Of a stretch of DNA of 64,000 bases, positions 1 to 7,795 are shown in pieces (position 1 is the stretch's first letter; each line of letters starts with the position of its first letter). A program made the translations under genes and the position numbers. The stretch is from an uncultured Chloroflexia bacterium. Lineage in GTDB: Bacteria; Chloroflexota; Anaerolineae; Anaerolineales; UBA4823. The notes below the pieces were generated by a model. It saw only the letters and a list, made by a program, of their open reading frames with translations, was not told where the DNA came from and searched no databases. The stretch covers positions 292,392 through 356,391 of the forward strand of contig CAVPJC010000001.1 of NCBI GenBank assembly GCA_963705155.1, given 5' to 3'.

Positions 1-615
1 CATGCCGCCCGTGACACGGGCGCGCCAGGCAATGCTGCCGCCCACCTTCAACCCGGGCTGTTCCGAGACCCCGCTGCGAGCAGCCCGCGCCCGCAGCAGC
101 CGCAGCACCTCATCAACCAGCACAAACAAATAGCGCCACATCAGCCCGATGACCGTCACCAGCAGGCGCGGCATGCGCACGGCGCGCATTGCCAGCAGCA
201 GGTCGGGGAAAGAAGTGCTGGCTGCCAGCACAATCGCCGCCTGCACAGATATCCACGATTTCAACGCCACACTGATAAAACGCACCATGCCCTCCTGGGA
301 GGCTGTCAGGATCCAGTCACCCAGAGGAAGCCGGAAGAGCGGGACGCCCGGCATGCTAAAGATCACCGGCAGAGCAGCCAGCACAAACGGCAGGGCCAGC
401 GCAGCACGCCGCAGCACATAACCCACCCCCAGGTCGGAGAGCAATTCCACAGAAAGCACCAGCGCAAAGAGCAGGATGTACACCGGCCATGCTCCTTCCG
501 GGGTCAACGCACAGGTAAAAATAAACGCCAGCGCCAGCACAAACTTGACCCGCGGATCCAGTGCATGGATGGGGCTGCTGCGCGGCTGGTAAGGGTCTAA
601 AAAATGAGCATGCAT
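1..615 (-). CDS. cbiQ: ECF/cobalt-type transporter transmembrane (T) component CbiQ, first ~205 codons; gene runs off the window start
   Basis: Hand translation of the minus strand from ATG 615-613 gives MHAHFLDPYQPRSSPIHALDPRVKFVLALAFIFTCALTPEG... This has the CbiQ/EcfT-type N-terminus (LDPRxK) and hydrophobic helices. The start overlaps the cbiM stop (TGATG). It is not in the ORF track because there is no stop in the window. Confidence 0.8.
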   Translation of the reverse strand, partial: MHAHFLDPYQPRSSPIHALDPRVKFVLALAFIFTCALTPEGAWPVYILLFALVLSVELLSDLGVGYVLRRAALALPFVLAALPVIFSMPGVPLFRLPLGDWILTASQEGMVRFISVALKSWISVQAAIVLAASTSFPDLLLAMRAVRMPRLLVTVIGLMWRYLFVLVDEVLRLLRARAARSGVSEQPGLKVGGSIAWRARVTGGM

Positions 616-1568
616 CAGCCTGCCTGTGTGCGGTTGCGGCGGGTAACAGCTACTGCCAGCGCTGCCCCAAAGACAATCAATACGCCCGCGATGCCAGCCA
701 GGATCGTCGCCAGGGCCTCATTGGAAACACCCGGCAGTACATAATCAGGAATGATATTGAAGAGCGGCCCGCGCGCTGCATCCAGAAAGCCCTTCTGCTC
801 GGCCACCCATTCCAGCCCGTCTGGATTCGATGAAGCCAGCGGCGACGCCACCGCCAGCCCCACTGCAATCAACAACCCCACCAGCCACACCGCCTTCCCG
901 GCAGGCTGGCGCTCGCCGCCGGCCTGCAGCAGGTCGCGGCGGGAGGCATACAGGAAAGCCAGCGCGCCGGTGGTTATCAGCCCTTCGCCAATGCCGATCA
1001 ACGCATGGATGCCGCCCATGGCCGGTATGGCCAGGTTGGCAGGCGAAGTGCCAGAAAGCGCCAGTTGCAGACCCACGCCCAGTGCGGCTATTTCAATGGA
1101 AAGCCAGGCAGCCGCAAAACCGCCCACGAACATGCCCCAGGGTTTATCTCCTGCCAATCGCCGCACAGTTTGGTAAACCATGTAGGAAACCGCCACACCC
1201 ACCACGCCCATATTGAAGATATTGGCGCCGAGGGCCAACAGACCGCCATCCTGAAAAACCAGCGCCTGGACACCCACCACACAGGTGAGCACCAGCACGG
1301 CTGCCCATGGGCCAAGCAAAATCGTTGCAATCGCCGCGCCCATCAAATGCCCCGATGTGCCGCCCGCAACCGTGAAGTTTAACATCTGCCCGGCAAAGAT
1401 GGCTGCCGCCAGGACCCCCATCATCGGCACCTGGCGCTCACCCAGGTCTTTCCCTGCCCGCCGCAGGGCATACGCCACCACGCCGATCGTAACTGCCCAC
1501 AAAACCAGTGAAACCAGAACTGACAAGAAACCATCTGGAATATGCATCTGAACCGGAGCCGCAAACAT
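615..1568 (-). CDS. cbiM: Cobalt/nickel ECF substrate-capture component CbiM with C-terminal PDGLE-type extension
   Basis: ORF 615..1586. It contains the MHIPDGFL motif (metal-binding N-terminus of CbiM/NikM), multiple TM helices, and a C-terminal SSNPDGLEW motif plus a terminal TM. AGGAGG lies 5 nt upstream of ATG 1568. The mature N-terminus may be the MHIPDG Met at 1547. Confidence 0.85.
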   Translation of the reverse strand: MFAAPVQMHIPDGFLSVLVSLVLWAVTIGVVAYALRRAGKDLGERQVPMMGVLAAAIFAGQMLNFTVAGGTSGHLMGAAIATILLGPWAAVLVLTCVVGVQALVFQDGGLLALGANIFNMGVVGVAVSYMVYQTVRRLAGDKPWGMFVGGFAAAWLSIEIAALGVGLQLALSGTSPANLAIPAMGGIHALIGIGEGLITTGALAFLYASRRDLLQAGGERQPAGKAVWLVGLLIAVGLAVASPLASSNPDGLEWVAEQKGFLDAARGPLFNIIPDYVLPGVSNEALATILAGIAGVLIVFGAALAVAVTRRNRTQAG

Positions 1569-1582
1569 AAATACCTCCTGTA

Positions 1583-2029
1583 TCAATTTCCGGGTTGTTT
1601 TCCACTACATTCAGCGCAGACACCGATAATGGAGAGATGTTTCAAATCAGCGCTGAATGCGTATTGTTTTTTCAAAGCTGTTTCCAGCGAAGCCAGCAAG
1701 GCATGATCGGCATTGAATACATCGCCGCACTGCCGGCACACCAGGTGAATATGCGGACCATGCTGGATGGTCGCATACACCACGCGGCCATCCCACAGAT
1801 CGGCGCGCGTTGCCAGGCCTTTCTCCACCAGCAAATCCAATGTGCGGTAGATCGTGGCCAGATTGACCGCGCTGGTGCGCGCTTTAACCAGATCGGAAAC
1901 TTCTTCGGCGGTAAGGTGCCCTTCGGCGTGGGCGATGGCCTCGATGATCATCTCCCTTTGAGGGGTCAGGCGGTAACCGAGCTGGCGTAGTGTTTGAATA
2001 AGCGTATGGCAGTGGGTCATTGCAATCAC
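1583..2029 (-). CDS. Fur-family metal-responsive transcriptional regulator
   Basis: The 148-aa ORF has a winged-helix N-terminus (ATIYRTLDLL), an HGPHIHLVCRQCG motif and a VCAEC second CxxC pair, which together mark the Fur fold and its structural Zn site. It lies directly upstream of cbiM in the same orientation. GTG 2029 or ATG 2020 could be the start. Confidence 0.85.
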   Translation of the reverse strand: MIAMTHCHTLIQTLRQLGYRLTPQREMIIEAIAHAEGHLTAEEVSDLVKARTSAVNLATIYRTLDLLVEKGLATRADLWDGRVVYATIQHGPHIHLVCRQCGDVFNADHALLASLETALKKQYAFSADLKHLSIIGVCAECSGKQPGN

Positions 2030-2033
2030 TCTC

Positions 2034-2053
2034 TATTGCGAATATTCGCAATA
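2034..2053. promoter_or_regulatory. Perfect 20-bp palindrome TATTGCGAATATTCGCAATA, candidate operator of the Fur-family regulator
   Basis: I checked the palindrome base by base. It sits 5-14 nt upstream of the regulator start codon. Confidence 0.5.
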
Positions 2054-2084
2054 GAATTATACCAGAAATTATCCGATTTGTAGC

Positions 2085-2123
2085 TTAAATTAAACGCCAG
2101 GGTGGTTCAAAACCGCCCTGGCG
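2085..2123 (-). terminator. Candidate intrinsic terminator downstream of trxA
   Basis: An 11-bp stem (CGCCAGGGTGG / CCGCCCTGGCG, one G-U pair) at 2095-2123 is followed on the minus strand by TTTAATTTAA. Confidence 0.45.
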
Positions 2124-2156
2124 CCAACAGCCTCGATGCGTAAAACGCTATCTGCT

Positions 2157-2480
2157 TTAGATGTACGGCCCAAATTTCGCCACCAGCCGGTCTTTGGGCT
2201 GGTACCCGCTCACCCGCTGGCTTACTTCTCCGTGCACGAACAACATTAGGGTAGGCACCCCCATTACCTGGTACTGCATTGCCAGGTCCGGGTTGTGGTC
2301 CACATCCAACTTAACCACTTTCACTTTACCAATCCAGTCAGCAGCAAGCTGCTTGACCACCGGGTCCAGCATCCTGCAGGGACCGCACCAGACTGCAGTG
2401 AAATCCACCAGCACAGGCTGTTGTGATTCCAGCACTTCACGCTGGAAGGTATCTTCGCTGACATAAACGGTTTCGGCCAT
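2157..2480 (-). CDS. trxA: Thioredoxin
   Basis: 107 aa with the WCGPC active site and a typical thioredoxin length and sequence (VLVDFTAVWCGPCRML...). Confidence 0.92.
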   Translation of the reverse strand: MAETVYVSEDTFQREVLESQQPVLVDFTAVWCGPCRMLDPVVKQLAADWIGKVKVVKLDVDHNPDLAMQYQVMGVPTLMLFVHGEVSQRVSGYQPKDRLVAKFGPYI

Positions 2481-2593
2481 GTGTTCTCCTGTAAAACACG
2501 CCTTTCGAGCAGCGCGGTAATCAAATCATCTGGTTTGATCTTCATGGTACCCAGTCTGGTTGGAAATGTCAAGATGACAACCGGCGATCCATC

Positions 2594-2622
2594 TTGACAG
2601 AACCCCTTTTTTGCAGATAATA
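2594..2622 (+). promoter_or_regulatory. Candidate sigma-70 promoter for the pheS leader
   Basis: TTGACA at 2594-2599, a 16-17 nt spacer, then GATAAT/ATAATA at 2616-2622. Confidence 0.35.
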
Positions 2623-2639
2623 AACGATACAACCTGATC

Positions 2640-2951
2640 ATGCAAATGCGATGATGGAGGAAAGTAAACTGGCGAAAGCCAACAGGGAGGCGGGCGCTGC
2701 AGAATGCAGCGCATCTGGGCAAAGACTGAGACCCCCGCCCGGTGGAACCCGGTTGAAGTTCCCTTCGGAGCAGCTCAAGTGAACGGGTAACAGGCGTTAC
2801 CAGCAGTAGTTTGAGCCGCAGCCTCAGCGTTAGAGGAGGAGAATTGAGCAAGTTTTCTCGATTTATCAAGCGAGCCGGCTGTGACCGGCTAACTCGGGTG
2901 GTACCGCGGGAAATTTCATCCCGTCCCAGGTGAGGGGCGGGTGTTTTTTTT
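2640..2951 (+). promoter_or_regulatory. T-box leader (tRNA-sensing riboswitch) controlling pheS-pheT
   Basis: The Stem I base resembles UGCGAUGAUGG...AAGUA (2645-2668), and a GGUGGAA distal-loop-like motif sits at 2741-2747. The canonical T-box sequence AACUCGGGUGGUACCGCGGG is at 2891-2910. A terminator hairpin and a U-run follow immediately. UUC triplets at 2759-2761 and 2764-2766 are candidate Phe specifiers, but I could not resolve which. Confidence 0.75.
2920..2951 (+). terminator. T-box attenuator/terminator hairpin
   Basis: CCCGTCCC (2920-2927) pairs with GGGGCGGG (2934-2941) and is followed by TGTTTTTTTT. The 5' arm can alternatively pair with the T-box GGGUGG segment to form the antiterminator. 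Confidence 0.75.
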
Positions 2952-2973
2952 AATGACAGATATAGGAGGATCT

Positions 2974-4034
2974 ATGTTAGATGATTTAAGCCAGATCGAA
3001 AAAGCCGCCCTGGCGGCACTGGGCAGTGTACAGGATGACGCCTCTCTGGAGGCCTGGCGTGTAGCCCACCTGGGCCGCAGTGCGCCAATCATGCAGGCTT
3101 TTGACCGGCTGGGACAACTCCCCAAAGAAGAGCGCCCTGCCATTGGGCGCCGCGCCAACGAGGTCAAGCGCGCCATCGAAGCCGCCCTGGCCGAACGCCT
3201 CGAAATCATGCGCCAGGCGACCCTGCAGCGCACCCTGCAAGCCGAGCGCCTGGATGTGACCCTGCCGGGCCGCCCCAGACCCTCGGTCGTTTGCATCCTG
3301 CCACCCGCACCCTGCGCGAGATTTGCCGCGTGTTCGGCGAGATGGGTTTCCAGGTCTACCGCTCGCCAGAGGTGGAAACCGACGAAATCAATTTCCAGCT
3401 GCTCAACTTCCCGGTGGGGCACCCGGCCCGTGAAATGCAGGATACCTATTTCGTGGAAAGCAGCCGGGCGCGCGGTGACAACCCCATTCTCATGCGCACA
3501 CACACCTCACCCGGGCAAATCCGCGCCATGCGCGAGTATTCGGCTGAAAACCCGGACAACCCACCGCCGGTGCGCCTCATCCTGCCGGGTATGTGCTTTC
3601 GCTACGAACAGATCACCATCCGCCACGAGATGCAGTTCAACCAGGTGGAAGTGTTGGCGGTGGGTGAAAAGATCACCTTTGGCGACCTCAAAGGCACCGT
3701 CAGCGAGTTTGCCCGCCGCATGTTCGGGCAAAATGTGCACACGCGCTTCCGCGCCTCATATTTCCCCTTCACCGAGCCCAGCGCCGAGGTGGATGTGGAG
3801 TGCTTCGTGTGCGGCGGCAGCGGCTGCGGCGTGTGCAAAGGCTCCGGCTGGCTCGAGATCATGGGCTGCGGTATGGTACACCCGGTGGTGCTGCAAAACG
3901 GCGGCTATGACCCTGCCCGCTACAGCGGTTTTGCCGCTGGCATGGGCCCGGAGCGCATCACCATGCTGCGCCACCGCATTGACGACATCCGCTCTTTCTG
4001 GGCGAATGATATGCGGTTTTTGGAACAGTTTTGA
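2974..4034 (+). CDS. pheS: Phenylalanine--tRNA ligase alpha subunit (frame broken once, near 3270)
   Basis: AGGAGGA lies 4 nt upstream of ATG 2974. The N-terminal part (MLDDLSQIEKAAL...LDVTLPGRP) is in frame 1. The rest (LGRLHPATRTLREI...FPFTEPSAEVDV...) is the 3291..4034 ORF frame. Adding one C to the CCCC run at about 3270 restores ...LPGRPQTLGRLHP... Confidence 0.9.
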
Positions 4035-4035
4035 A

Positions 4036-4065
4036 AGAGAATCGGGAATAGAAATTAGAGATTCG
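4036..4065 (+). repeat. Left arm of an imperfect inverted repeat flanking the four-helix-bundle gene
   Basis: AGAGAATCGGGAATAGAAATTAGAGATTCG matches the reverse complement of 4533-4562 at 23 of 30 positions (hand alignment). Confidence 0.6.
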
Positions 4066-4083
4066 TCGATAAAAAAGGCTATT

Positions 4084-4584
4084 ATGAGCATTAAAGGATT
4101 GGAAAAACTGGAAACCTGGCGGAAGGCAAAGGACTTCTCGATAAAAATTTATCGAGAAGTTGTCCCATTACTGCCGCCAGAAGAAAAATGGGGGCTGAGT
4201 CAGCAAATCCGCAGGTCAGCTGTGAGCATCCCGGCCAACATTGCTGAAGGGTACGGGCGTTTTTACTACCAGGACAATGTTCGCTTTTGCTACAATGCAC
4301 GCGGCTCACTCACAGAAACGCTCAGTCATATTTCCATTGCTTATGAGCTTGGCTTTCTTCCCGAAGCGCTTTTTACGGAATTTGAAACACAAGGCGATGA
4401 TCTGATGCGTCTGATCCATGGCTATATCGCCTATCTGAAGCGCAGCAAACAGGGAGAGTCAGACCCTGGAAACGCCCGCGCGGTTCACGATGTTGGGGAG
4501 CCTTACATCGCTGAAGAACTGGATGAAGAGCACGATTCTCTATTCTCTAATCGCGATTCTCGTTTTTCTCAGGAGATCGACTAA
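4084..4584 (+). CDS. Four-helix-bundle protein (23S rRNA intervening-sequence protein family)
   Basis: MSIKGLEKLETWRKAKDF...QIRRSAVSIPANIAEGYGRFYYQDN...ARGSLTETLSHISIA carries the family hallmark NIAEG..R...GS..E. The gene is visibly lower in GC than pheS and pheT. Its stop overlaps the pheT start (TAATG). Confidence 0.8.
   Translation: MSIKGLEKLETWRKAKDFSIKIYREVVPLLPPEEKWGLSQQIRRSAVSIPANIAEGYGRFYYQDNVRFCYNARGSLTETLSHISIAYELGFLPEALFTEFETQGDDLMRLIHGYIAYLKRSKQGESDPGNARAVHDVGEPYIAEELDEEHDSLFSNRDSRFSQEID
4533..4562 (+). repeat. Right arm of the inverted repeat flanking the four-helix-bundle gene
   Basis: CGATTCTCTATTCTCTAATCGCGATTCTCG contains two CGATTCTC copies, complementary to GAGAATCG/GAGATTCG in the left arm. 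Confidence 0.6.
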
Positions 4585-7189
4585 TGAAAATACCCCTTTC
4601 CTGGCTTAAAGATTTTGTTGATATCGACCTGCCCCTCGAAGACCTGGCCCACCAGCTCACCATGGCCGGGCTGGAGGTGGAGGAGATTCGATGCGTGGGC
4701 CTGCCGCTGCCGGGCGACAATGCAGATGGCAGTTCCGGCGGGCATGCCCGCCCCCAGACCAGGCTCTCCGGGCTGGAATGGGATCCTGCCAAGATCGTCA
4801 CGGCCTCGGTTTCGGAGGTCATGCCTCACCCCAACGCCGACCGGTTGGTTCTGTGCAAGCTCTACGATGGCGAAGGCGAGCACATCGTGCTCACCGGCGC
4901 CCCCAACCTTTACCCCTACAAGGGCCTGGGACGGCTGGATAAACCGCTCAAGGTGCCCTATGCCCGTGAAGGTGCCCGCATTTACGATGGTCACCAGCCC
5001 GGCCAGGTGCCCACGACCCTCAAGCGCACCAAAATCCGCGGGGTCGAATCCTATTCCATGATCTGCTCTGAAAAAGAGCTGGGCATATCTGAAGAACATG
5101 AAGGCGTCATCATTTTTGATGAGGATGCCCCGGTGGGCGTCCCGCTGGTGGAATACATTGGCGATGCCGTGCTGGATATTTCGATACTGCCCAACACCGC
5201 TCGCGCCGCCAGTGTGCTCGGTGTGGCCCGTGAAGTGGCTGCCATCACCGGTAAACCGCTCAAAATCCCGCCGGATTACTTCGATATGCACGCCGCCGGA
5301 GGGCAGGTGCAGGCCCGGATCGAAATTCGCAATCCGCAGCTCAACCCGCGCTTTGTCCTGGGTCTGATCCGGGATATTCACATCGGCCCCAGCCCGTATC
5401 AAATCCAGCGCCGATTGCGCCTGGCGGGCATGCGCCCGATCAACAACATCGTGGATGCCACCAACTATGCCATGCTGGAGCTGGGCGAACCACTGCATGC
5501 CTTCGATTACGATGTGCTGGTGCAGCGCGCCGCCGGGGCTGCACCCACCATCATCACCCGCACCGCCCACCCCGGCGAGCGCTTGACCACCCTGGATGGC
5601 GTGGAGCGCAGCCTGGATGAAACCACCGTGCTGGTGTGTGATACCGCCGGCCCGCTTTCCATTGCCGGCGTCATGGGCGGCGCTGAAACCGAGGTGAGCG
5701 CAAATACCCGCAGTGTGCTGCTGGAGGGCGCCTCCTGGAATTTCATCAATATTCGCAAGACGGCCCAGGCGCAGAACCTGCCCTCCGAGGCCAGCTACCG
5801 CTTCTCGCGCGGCGTCCATCCGGCTCAGGCAGAACGCGGCGTGCGCCGCGGCCTGGAACTGATGCGCCGGTGGTCAGGCGGTGAGGTGGCGCAGGGCCTG
5901 GTGGATAACTACCCCCTCCCGCCGCAGGATCCACAGGTACCAATTACTCCTGCTGAGGTAAAGCGCTTGCTGGGCATCACCCTGACGGCTGTAGAAATTG
6001 CCGCCCTGCTGCGCCGCCTTGAATTTACCGTTGAGCTGGATGGCGACACAGTGCGCGCAACCACGCCCGATCACCGGCTGGATATCGGCGTGGGCATTAC
6101 CGGCGCAGCCGACCTGGTGGAGGAGATCGCCCGCGTCTACGGATACGACAACATCCCCGCCTCCCGCCTGGCCGATGAACTCCCCCCGCAGCGCGGCAAC
6201 CCTTCGCTGGAAAGCGAAGACCGCATTCGCGACCTGCTGGTCTATCTGGGCTTCCAGGAAGTAATCAGCTACCGGCTGACCTCCCCCGAGCGGGAAGCGC
6301 GCCTGTTTCCATCCGCGGCTGTTCACGGACCTGGTGAGGCTGCTCAGGAAGATTTTGCCACCCGGGGCAGCCTTATGTGCGCCTGGCGAACCCCATCGCC
6401 AGCGACCGCGCTGTGCTGCGCCAGAGCCTGCTCTCCAGCGTGATGGAGGTGATGGAGCGCAACGCCCGCCTGCGCCAGCGCATGGCGCTCTTTGAAATCG
6501 GGCCTGTCTTCCAGCATACAGGTGAAGACGACCTGCCGCGCGAGCCGCAGCGCGTGGCTTTGCTGCTGGCAGGTCCACGCTCCGCCCCCGGCTGGCAGCC
6601 TGCCGATACGGCCCCAATGGATTTTTATGATCTGAAAGGTGTGCTTGAAGCGCTGCTGAACAGCCTGCACATCCCGGACATTCGATTCGAGCCGGGCGCT
6701 CACCCCTCCTACCACCCGGGCAAATGCGCCCGCATTCTCTCGGGCAGTCAGCTACTGGGCATCAGTGGCGAGCTGCACCCCCTGGCGCGCGCCGGTTACG
6801 ACCTGCCGGTTACTCTTGCTGCTACCCCGCTGCTGGCTGCCGAGCTGGATCTTGACGCGCTTCAAAGTCTCATCCTTATCCTGTATGATTCGCTCCCCGT
6901 GCCAGAATTCCCGCCCGTACTGGAAGATCTGGCCGTGGTGGTCGAAGAAGGCTTGCCTGCCGAGCGTGTCGAACAGGTCATCCGCGCCGCCGGCGGGAAG
7001 ACCGTCACCAGTATCCGCCTGTTCGATGTTTACCGCGGCGGACAGGTGGGCGCCGGCATGAAGAGCCTGGCTTACAGCCTCACCTACCAGGCTGCAGACC
7101 GCACCCTGACGGACAAAGAAGCCGCACAGGTGCGCCAGCGTGTCATCCGCCAGTTGGAGCAGGAGCTGGGAGCAAAATTGAGGGCCTGA
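4584..7189 (+). CDS. pheT: Phenylalanine--tRNA ligase beta subunit (two frame breaks near 6310-6370)
   Basis: MKIPLSWLKDFVDIDL... is the classic PheT N-terminus, followed by B3/4 and B5 regions. The C-terminal part continues as ORF 6377..7189 (YVRLANPIASDRAVLRQSLL...). The intermediate frame reads PRLFTDLVRLLRKILPPG, and removing one G from the GGGG run at about 6365 gives ...ILPPGQPYVRLANP. Confidence 0.9.
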
Positions 7190-7212
7190 AAAATAAAAAG
7201 TCCCCCACCTTT

Positions 7213-7240
7213 TTGAGAACCGGCGGGCTGAGGGTATAAT
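7213..7240 (+). promoter_or_regulatory. Candidate sigma-70 promoter
   Basis: TTGAGA at 7213-7218, a 16-nt spacer, TATAAT at 7235-7240, about 50 nt upstream of ATG 7292. Confidence 0.3.
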
Positions 7241-7291
7241 TCAGGCAGTTCGTATTCGGCTTTCAATTCTTATCATCGTCAGGAGGTTTGC

Positions 7292-7594
7292 ATGGACCGC
7301 AGAACAACCGGAATTGTCGCTACAATCGTCGCCGTCTTACTGTGTGGCTGCCCCGGGTTGGTCAGCCTGTGCTTTGGCGCCATGTTTGCCCTGGTGGGAG
7401 GCATCCCGGGCGCAGATATTGACGTGTTTGGAAGCAGCGACCCAGGCAACGCCGTGGGTCTGGGCATCGGGGGAATATGCCTGGGCATCATCTTCATCAT
7501 CATCCCCGTCGTGGTCGGCTTTCTGATGCTGCGCAACAAACCCGCAGCTATACCGCCCGCCGGACCCAGCGAACCACTGCCCCCGGCGATCTAA
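7292..7594 (+). CDS. Small hypothetical membrane protein (2 TM, Pro-rich tail)
   Basis: 100-aa ORF preceded by AGGAGG. It has two hydrophobic helices (IVATIVAVLLCGCPGLV; ICLGIIFIIIPVVVGFLML). I recognise no family. Confidence 0.55.
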   Translation: MDRRTTGIVATIVAVLLCGCPGLVSLCFGAMFALVGGIPGADIDVFGSSDPGNAVGLGIGGICLGIIFIIIPVVVGFLMLRNKPAAIPPAGPSEPLPPAI

Positions 7595-7617
7595 ACCCCC
7601 AACCGCGCTCGACAATT

Positions 7618-7660
7618 TTTCTGTATTCGCTCATAGCTTTATTTTGAGCGAATACAGAAA
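7618..7660. repeat. Perfect 16-bp-stem hairpin (TTTCTGTATTCGCTCA / TGAGCGAATACAGAAA, 11-nt loop)
   Basis: Pairing checked base by base. It lies 24 nt after the stop at 7594 and at the edge of a lower-GC gene. No clean U-tract follows on either strand. Confidence 0.6.
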
Positions 7661-7795
7661 TTCTGGAATAACCAACTGTTCACCCGGCGCTCCTATTTAA
7701 TCCCAATACTATTTATCTCTGGCGCCACCCTGTGGCTCAGATTAACCAACCTGGGTTACTCAGACCTGCAGGGAGACGAGATCAAAGCCCTGGCA

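Noticed and set aside
2321-2869. A 182-aa minus-strand ORF covering the trxA 5' end and the pheS leader.
   Set aside because: It overlaps trxA out of frame and the T-box leader. It has no motif support, and the region is better explained as regulatory RNA plus promoters.
3262-3285. Programmed ribosomal frameshifting as an explanation for the split pheS, and likewise for pheT, dnaK and recO.
   Set aside because: I saw no shared slippery heptamer or stimulatory structure. The breaks go in both directions (+1 and -1), sit at simple homopolymers and occur in more than 30 unrelated places. Sequencing error is the simpler explanation.
2941-4584. A 547-aa ORF in the track that looks like one large protein spanning pheS and the four-helix-bundle gene.
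   Set aside because: It is an artefact. It starts in the correct pheS frame, then runs out of frame through the high-GC body of pheS after the break at about 3270. By chance it stays open into the next gene, and the middle ~270 residues are low-complexity Ala/Arg/Pro nonsense.
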